Made by a program: the position numbers and the translations under genes. Positions 58,045-64,000 of a DNA stretch of 64,000 bases are shown one piece after another; the stretch's first letter is position 1; every line of letters begins with the position of its first letter. Below the pieces are notes generated by a model. That model was not told the DNA's origin, did not search any database, and saw only the letters and a list, made by a program, of their open reading frames with translations. The stretch spans positions 3,904,001 to 3,968,000 of the forward strand of contig OZ240248.1 in the NCBI GenBank assembly GCA_965198235.1, read 5' to 3'. The stretch is from Candidatus Poribacteria bacterium (GTDB taxonomy: Bacteria > Poribacteria > WGA-4E > WGA-3G).

Positions 58045-58357
58045 ATGGAAACCATCATTAGAAAAGCAGTTCCAGATGATGCGAAACCTGTCGCATCCGT
58101 CCTTAACTCGGTTATTCTTGAGGCGCGATATACCGCACTAACGAACCCCTTCACAGAAAATGAAGAGCGTGCCTTTATCAAAGGATTATGTCCACGAGAA
58201 AATCGCTATTCAAGTGATAGCAGACAATACACGAGCACTCCGATTTTATAGTAACCTCGGTTTTGAGAAGATTGGTGTCGCCAAAAAACATGTGAAATTT
58301 GAGGATAGATTCTGTGATGTATTCTATTTGGAAAAATTTCTAACAGATGACTCCTAA
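58045..58357 (+). pseudogene. GNAT N-acetyltransferase with an internal deletion and frame break
   Basis: METIIRKAVPDDA...FIKGLCPRE joins near 58195 to a second frame EKIAIQVIADNTRALRFYSNLGF; the central acetyl-CoA-binding motif A is missing. Confidence 0.8.
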
Positions 58358-60308
58358 ACGTGGCGTGACCTTTCGTGCCGTGCTGATAGGTGTGGTGTTT
58401 ATTCCACTTAACGCCTATCTCGTTGTGCAGTTGGAAACGGTGTGGGGCATTGGCGATCCCACAACAATGACGATATTTTTCAATGCTATCTTCTGCTTCT
58501 TTCTCGTCATTGTCCTGAATCTCATACTCGCACGATGGATACCAAAAAATGCTTTAAATCAAGGTGAATTGCTGACGATTTACAGCATTTTGATGGTGTC
58601 TGTATCGGTGAGTGGGCAAGATTTCGCGCATACCATTTTTGGCACCTTGGGCAACGCCCGATGGTTCGCTACACCTGAAAACGAATGGACGACCTTGTTC
58701 CTAAGCTACCTTCCGCAGTGGCTTGAGCCTTCCGAAAAAGCATTGGAAGGCTATTTTTCGGGCGAATCTTCATTCTATGTATCAAGGAACATCAAAGGGT
58801 GGATTCAACCGTTAGTGTGGTGGACCCTTTTCCTGACGGTCCTGTGTTTTGTGATGATTTGTATCAACAGTATCATCCGCCGGCAGTGGATAGAGCAGGA
58901 AAGATTGACATACCCATTAATCTATTTACCCTTTGAAATGACGCAGGAGTCCTTTTTCAAAAATCGGCTCTTATGGCTCGGCTTCGGAATCGCTGGAGCG
59001 ATTAATCTTCTCAACGGTCTGAACGCACTCTTCCCCGTCCTCCCTAAAATTCCACTCTCCTATAATCTCGCAACACATTTCATAGAACGCCCTTGGAATA
59101 GCATTCAAGGCTGGCCCGGTATGCCTATTCAAGCGAACCCTTTTATCATCGGGCTTACCTTTCTAATTCCTCTTGGTTTGCTCTTTTCCTGCTGGTTTTT
59201 CTATTTTATATGGAAGTTACAGTACATCGTTGGGAGTATGGTGGGTGTTAACGTTCCACACTATCCGTTTGCAAATCAGCAGGTGTTAGGCGGGTATTTA
59301 GGCATCGTTGTTGTAACGCTGTGGGTCGCGAGAAAACATCTATGGCGGGTGCTGAAAGGGGCAGTGAATCCAGAATCAGTTCCTGATGATACCACCGAAC
59401 CGATGCGATATCGGACAGCAGTTTGGGGAACACTGTTAGGAATTGCCTTCTTAATCGGTTTCTGTTATCAAGCCGGAATGTCCTTGAGTTTTGCCTTCGC
59501 ATTCTTTGGCATTTACTACCTCATCCTGTTCGGGTTTACGCGGATGCGGGCTGAACTTGGTCCGCTTATGCACGGCATCCATTACTTCGGTCCTTTCCAA
59601 CTCATTGTTGCGGCAATTGGAAGCCATCGTATTTCCCCACAAACGCTAACCGTTGCGGCACCGCATTGGACACACACGAAAGAATTCCTGAACAAACCGA
59701 TGCCTGCCTATCTGGAGAGTTTCAAATTGGCGGAGCGAGCGAACGTTACCGCGGGCAGCGTTGCCATAGACACTCGAAAACTCTGGAGAGTGTGCCTGTT
59801 GGCAACATTTCTGTCTATTGCTGTAACACTCTGGGCATTCCTTGAACTCGGCTATAAATGGGGCGGACCCGGGGCATGGCGGGGTAATCTCGCCTACAAT
59901 GCTATAGCGCGAGTGTTGAAACAACCGACAGATCCAGATTTCGCGCAGCTCGGCGCGACAGGCTTGGGTATGGTCTTCGTCCTTGTCGGGACTGCCCTAC
60001 GCTTAAGATTTCTTTGGTGGTCCCTTTATCCACTTGCTTATCCACTCGCGGGCTATTACTATTTCAACTACCTCTGGTTTCCATTTCTTGTCTGCTGGTT
60101 GGTAAAGTGGGTAATCCTGAAATACGGCGGTATTCGCGGATATCGTAGAGCGGTTCCACTGTTTCTCGGATTGGTTCTCGGAGACTTCATCTTAGGATGT
60201 ATATGGACGATCCTTGGCTTACTGACAGGCGAAGTGACGTATATGTTCCAAGAATTGGTGTTTTGCCCAGATGTTCCCAACACGTCAACAGTGCCTTTCA
60301 TATCGTGA
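58347..60308 (+). CDS. DUF6785/DUF6784-type polytopic membrane protein, putative transporter
   Basis: GVTFRA, GELLTIY, RRQWIEQERLTYP, RMRAELG, YGGIRGYR...PLFLGLVLGD. Confidence 0.8.
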   Translation: MTPKRGVTFRAVLIGVVFIPLNAYLVVQLETVWGIGDPTTMTIFFNAIFCFFLVIVLNLILARWIPKNALNQGELLTIYSILMVSVSVSGQDFAHTIFGTLGNARWFATPENEWTTLFLSYLPQWLEPSEKALEGYFSGESSFYVSRNIKGWIQPLVWWTLFLTVLCFVMICINSIIRRQWIEQERLTYPLIYLPFEMTQESFFKNRLLWLGFGIAGAINLLNGLNALFPVLPKIPLSYNLATHFIERPWNSIQGWPGMPIQANPFIIGLTFLIPLGLLFSCWFFYFIWKLQYIVGSMVGVNVPHYPFANQQVLGGYLGIVVVTLWVARKHLWRVLKGAVNPESVPDDTTEPMRYRTAVWGTLLGIAFLIGFCYQAGMSLSFAFAFFGIYYLILFGFTRMRAELGPLMHGIHYFGPFQLIVAAIGSHRISPQTLTVAAPHWTHTKEFLNKPMPAYLESFKLAERANVTAGSVAIDTRKLWRVCLLATFLSIAVTLWAFLELGYKWGGPGAWRGNLAYNAIARVLKQPTDPDFAQLGATGLGMVFVLVGTALRLRFLWWSLYPLAYPLAGYYYFNYLWFPFLVCWLVKWVILKYGGIRGYRRAVPLFLGLVLGDFILGCIWTILGLLTGEVTYMFQELVFCPDVPNTSTVPFIS

Positions 60309-60513
60309 AGACAGAGGAGGATGTATAGAGATTTTAATAGGATGTCTTAAAAACCACAATTATAATAATGCTTGCTTTTTTCTGACAATTTTTGTATACT
60401 AAAATCGAGTTTGTAAGTCATGTCCCAAAGAGGATTCTTCTGTTCTCTTGAAATATGAACGCTTTTAAAGATGCACACTGATACTACGTGCGTGTTGTAA
60501 AAGGAGATTCTTA

Positions 60514-61332
60514 ATGAAAACTGCTCTTACGTTCAGCCTGTTGATGTTAGTGCTAATTTTAAGGGGACCGGTGTTGATGACCGATGCCCAAGTGGTCAAA
60601 GAGGATGATCTCATCATCTACTACAGTTTCAACAAAGATACTCTCAAGGGTGATGATGTGCTTGATGTGTCCGGTAACAAAAATGACGGACTTATCAAAG
60701 GTAACCTTAAATCGGTGGCAGGCAAGGTCGCGGAAGGAATGGAGTTTCCCGGGGTAGCAACAGACTACATTTCAGTACGGGAACACCATTATGTCGATCC
60801 GATCAAAGAGATTAGCTTCTCGACATGGGTTAATGCGGGTCAAAGAGGTATGATTGCGTCCTGGGATCGGAGTGAATTCTTTCGTTTTGCTGTAGGCGAT
60901 GATGTGGGTGGAAACAATGGTACCACTTTTGTTGCTTTTGATACCTGTTGTCCGTGTTGTCATGATTGGTTCGGTGAAACAGATGTTGCAGATGAAAAAT
61001 GGCATCATCTTGCCGCGACATTCGATGGTAAAGTGAAGCGGATATACGTTGATGGCAAATTAGATCAAGAAGAAGATGCACCCGCTAAAGTCATCGGTGC
61101 GGGGCAATCACGGTATGGATTCATTGGGATTGGCTCAGAAGCAGCTGCATTTGATGCAGCTACAGGTCCCACATGGGCATATAGCGGAATTCTGGACGAG
61201 TTTATGTTGTTCCACCGCGCGCTTTCTGAGAAAGAGGTTAAACACCTTGCCAGCGGACCTGAGAATCCGTTTGCAGTCGATCCGAGTGGCAAATTGAGTA
61301 CAACTTGGGGCGACATCAAAGACATCGATTAG
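60514..61332 (+). CDS. Secreted LamG-like protein with C-terminal TTWG tag
   Basis: YYSF, WHHLAATFDG, GILDEF; ends AVDPSGKLSTTWGDIK. Confidence 0.88.
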   Translation: MKTALTFSLLMLVLILRGPVLMTDAQVVKEDDLIIYYSFNKDTLKGDDVLDVSGNKNDGLIKGNLKSVAGKVAEGMEFPGVATDYISVREHHYVDPIKEISFSTWVNAGQRGMIASWDRSEFFRFAVGDDVGGNNGTTFVAFDTCCPCCHDWFGETDVADEKWHHLAATFDGKVKRIYVDGKLDQEEDAPAKVIGAGQSRYGFIGIGSEAAAFDAATGPTWAYSGILDEFMLFHRALSEKEVKHLASGPENPFAVDPSGKLSTTWGDIKDID

Positions 61333-61341
61333 AAAGTCAAC

Positions 61342-61371
61342 GGGCGGCATCACGGTGCCGCCCATTTTTTT
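61342..61371 (+). terminator. Intrinsic terminator
   Basis: GGGCGGCA...TGCCGCCC stem followed by ATTTTTTT. Confidence 0.8.
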
Positions 61372-61389
61372 ACTCTCCGATCAGTGGCT

Positions 61390-62163
61390 TTAGGCATCAG
61401 ATGCTGTTATTGCTTCTTGAACCCCGGGCCACTCACCCCATATATCGGTGTAAGCATCATAACCGTTTTTCTCACAATCAACGTGACGTAGGCGAAAGAT
61501 GACAGCGTAGCGAATATCCGCCGCGGCGTTTGGTGCCGCAGTGTGGACGATCTGGTGATGGGTCAGGATTACATCGCCTGCCTTACCGACTATTTGCGTT
61601 GGTCCCTCCGGCAGTTCCGGTTTCGGCATCCCATTCGCCAATATTTCGTGCCCTTCCTTTTTGAAATAGTCGGCGAAAAAACTGTGCGATTTGGGCCAAA
61701 CAGTGAAGTTCCCGCCATACGGTTCAGGGACATCCGCGAGATAAATCACAGCGAGTGCGGTAAATCCACGCCGATAAACCCCTTTTGCCATTCCATTTTT
61801 ACCGCTCCCCAACCCGTCAAGGTGTCCGTTCGGTTCATTTGGATCCACGTGCAACGGACCCGGGAAACGCAGTGCTATCTGTCCTGAGTTCGGGATTTGA
61901 ACGTTCCCTTCACCCATCAACGACTCCGAAAGTTGGAGGATAGGCGTTTTAGTGAAGAGATCGACGATCTCAGAGGCTTCACGAATTTCGCTGCAATAGG
62001 ATTGCGCTCGGTAACGCTCTAAGTCTCCTTCGTTCATACCAACAGCACCCATAGAGTGATTAATTGCCTGCCGTGCTGCGTCTACCATTAGTGGTGGAAC
62101 AACACCGGGGACAGAGATATAGCCGTTTTCACAAAACTCTAACTTCTGTTTACGACTGAGCAT
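61390..62163 (-). CDS. PhyH-family dioxygenase
   Basis: FCENGY, GHLDG, GNFTVWPKSH, AGD...VH. Confidence 0.85.
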   Translation of the reverse strand: MLSRKQKLEFCENGYISVPGVVPPLMVDAARQAINHSMGAVGMNEGDLERYRAQSYCSEIREASEIVDLFTKTPILQLSESLMGEGNVQIPNSGQIALRFPGPLHVDPNEPNGHLDGLGSGKNGMAKGVYRRGFTALAVIYLADVPEPYGGNFTVWPKSHSFFADYFKKEGHEILANGMPKPELPEGPTQIVGKAGDVILTHHQIVHTAAPNAAADIRYAVIFRLRHVDCEKNGYDAYTDIWGEWPGVQEAITASDA

Positions 62164-62289
62164 ATATGCTTCTCCATTTTGCGAGCATTAAAGTATTTTA
62201 CCCATCAAAAGTTTATGATGGCTTAATTATAGCATATCCGACCTGGATTGCCAAAAGATTATTATCGGTTTACCTACGATGGTGAAGAG

Positions 62290-63018
62290 TTAATGCGTGA
62301 GTGCATAGACCACCGCATTGATACCCATCTGCAATGCGATATTTGAATACTCGCGTGGGTAGAAATCCTCAGCGGCATGCTCCCATGCGTCTCCAAGGTC
62401 GGTATTGAAATTGATCATCATCATAAGCCGTCCATTGTCGTCATAAACCCCGCGACAGTATGCGGGATAACCATCGTATCTTTCATACGTTCGTCCACTA
62501 AAAAGTGAGCGGAGCCCAGGAATCTGGACGAGCTTTTCGATTTTGAAGAAGCATCGAAAGATCGGATGCGATATAGGGAGGTCTACCGGCTCTCGTTCTG
62601 GGAAAATCTTCTTGAACTCCGTATGAAACCTTTTCCATTCGCGTTCACCGTGAAAATCGTCGACGAAAATAAAACCGCCGCGTAAGAGATATTCACGTAG
62701 GTTCTTTGCCTCCTTATAGCTTAACCTGAGACTTCCGACCTCCAACATGTAGGCAAACGGATATTCAAACAACTCCGTCGCACCAACTTCAATAATCTTT
62801 TCACGCAGATCGGCATCAATATTCGTTTGTTTGCGGAGTTGCCAGATAAAATTCCGGTCGGAGGCGGGCCAATCCACTCGCCAACTACTGCGTCTGGTGA
62901 GTTGACCACCATATCTTAGACGGACGAAGGTGAATCTGTCTGAATCACCCTCCGAATTCGGAAGGATAACAGATAAGGACATCACGATGAAAATAGCTAA
63001 CAACTGGATGGTTCGCAT
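62290..63018 (-). CDS. DUF4159 domain protein, exported
   Basis: FTFVRLRY, YPFAYM, LREYLLRGGF...DDF, HPIF, NTDLGDAWE, GINAVVYALTH. Confidence 0.85.
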   Translation of the reverse strand: MRTIQLLAIFIVMSLSVILPNSEGDSDRFTFVRLRYGGQLTRRSSWRVDWPASDRNFIWQLRKQTNIDADLREKIIEVGATELFEYPFAYMLEVGSLRLSYKEAKNLREYLLRGGFIFVDDFHGEREWKRFHTEFKKIFPEREPVDLPISHPIFRCFFKIEKLVQIPGLRSLFSGRTYERYDGYPAYCRGVYDDNGRLMMMINFNTDLGDAWEHAAEDFYPREYSNIALQMGINAVVYALTH

Positions 63019-63164
63019 TTTTTTCGACTTAAAGGTAGGTTTCAAGGTCTGGGTAAAATTTATTCCGGTTCTCTGAGCAAGAGTGTACCACAGAAGATGA
63101 ATTTAGTATACTCTTAAACCGGATTCAGATGCAAAGGGAAATTCAAATGAAAGTAAGAAATAGA

Positions 63165-63998
63165 TTAAAAACTTTTGGACCAAACTGTCGTAACGTGGAT
63201 ACCTTTGCCAGATTCAAAGGCTCTTGCGATATTGAGTCGGAAAATAGACCCATCTTCCCCAAGTTGTAAACCGATGCCGATATTTCCTTTGGGATCGAAG
63301 GTATATGCCGGACCAGATACATTCCAGACCTGCCCCTCATCAAAGAAAACAATCGCAAATGCGTTTTTGAAAAAACTCCAACTGGATAGATTGGATAAAC
63401 GATAGTGGTATTCGACATTGAGTAGGAACCCCCGATCACCGGCAAACGCGTATGGAGAAGACGTATGCCCGCTTTTGTAGGTTACTAAACCTTCAGATTC
63501 ACTTTCCGGTCTATACCAAGGATACCCTCTGAGTCCTTCTATCCCATCAATGACAAATTGGCGTTGAATTGGCAGCGTTGAGTCGGAAAACCCAAACAGA
63601 AATCGAGTTCGGATTCGGTTATTCTGTAGTCGGAAAGCATACCGAAGGTGCAACAGCAATCGTGTAAAATCGAAATCGGAGCCCACGGCGGCGTTACTGT
63701 GTTCAATAAACAGGGTATTGTGCCATCCCAAGGAATTTGTTCGAGTCCTAAAATCGTATTGGAAGGTGAGGCTTCGCATCTGACCGGGGATTATGGGTGG
63801 ATTTTCTCTGACCCGGAGGTTCGATTTCCAATTGGCGACAAACCAATCCGTGCTTTTCTGCAGACTCGCGTGGGATTCTGTAACCATCGCCAATTTGAAC
63901 GAGTAGGTCGGCATAACCGGTGACCATCGCAATGCGAGCTCAGCCCCTTGTCGCAAATAATAATTTTGAAAGTCTGGTATCCCAACAACACGCTGAGT
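63165..63998 (-). CDS. Outer-membrane beta-barrel (BamA/TamA-like C-terminus), 5' end outside the window
   Basis: Frame open to the window edge; GLRGY, FFDEGQVW, IGIGL, terminal Phe. Confidence 0.75.
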   Translation of the reverse strand, partial: TQRVVGIPDFQNYYLRQGAELALRWSPVMPTYSFKLAMVTESHASLQKSTDWFVANWKSNLRVRENPPIIPGQMRSLTFQYDFRTRTNSLGWHNTLFIEHSNAAVGSDFDFTRLLLHLRYAFRLQNNRIRTRFLFGFSDSTLPIQRQFVIDGIEGLRGYPWYRPESESEGLVTYKSGHTSSPYAFAGDRGFLLNVEYHYRLSNLSSWSFFKNAFAIVFFDEGQVWNVSGPAYTFDPKGNIGIGLQLGEDGSIFRLNIARAFESGKGIHVTTVWSKSF

Positions 63999-64000
63999 AA

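Noticed and set aside
60255-60308. Odd C-terminal extension of the DUF6785-type protein as a seventh deletion junction
   Set aside because: Possible, but no second gene fragment is recognisable, so it cannot be supported without orthologs.
63079-63115. Inverted repeat AAGAGTGTAC...GTATACTCTT
   Set aside because: Single, imperfect copy in a short intergenic gap; not distinguishable from a simple terminator or promoter feature.

Overview
64 kb of a bacterial chromosome, most likely Candidatus Poribacteria (inference from multiple PhyH dioxygenases, LamG proteins ending in a 'V.P.GK..TTW..(I/L)K' motif, a DUF6785-type membrane protein and TPR/FG-GAP proteins). Housekeeping genes (potB, dnaE, acnA, DinG-type helicase, mqnD, acpS, folP, ftsH) are interleaved with secreted or outer-membrane proteins and small accessory modules: an ATPase-DUF3696 + PIN pair, mazEF, a vapBC remnant, an MNT-HEPN remnant and an orphan DNA methyltransferase. 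I recognised no rRNA, tRNA, CRISPR array or transposase. Main signals: (1) two classes of C-terminal tags on secreted proteins plus a PorV-like barrel, suggesting a T9SS-like export system; (2) six apparent deletion junctions, all in accessory genes, that fuse or gut ORFs; (3) candidate defence/toxin pairs; (4) proteins with altered catalytic residues (GcvH-like without the lipoyl Lys, M28 without its last Zn-His, PhyH with HxH); (5) a flotillin with a hierarchical 22/88-aa repeat expansion; (6) REP-like palindromes and long intergenic hairpins. Family assignments come from motif recognition by eye, not from database searches.
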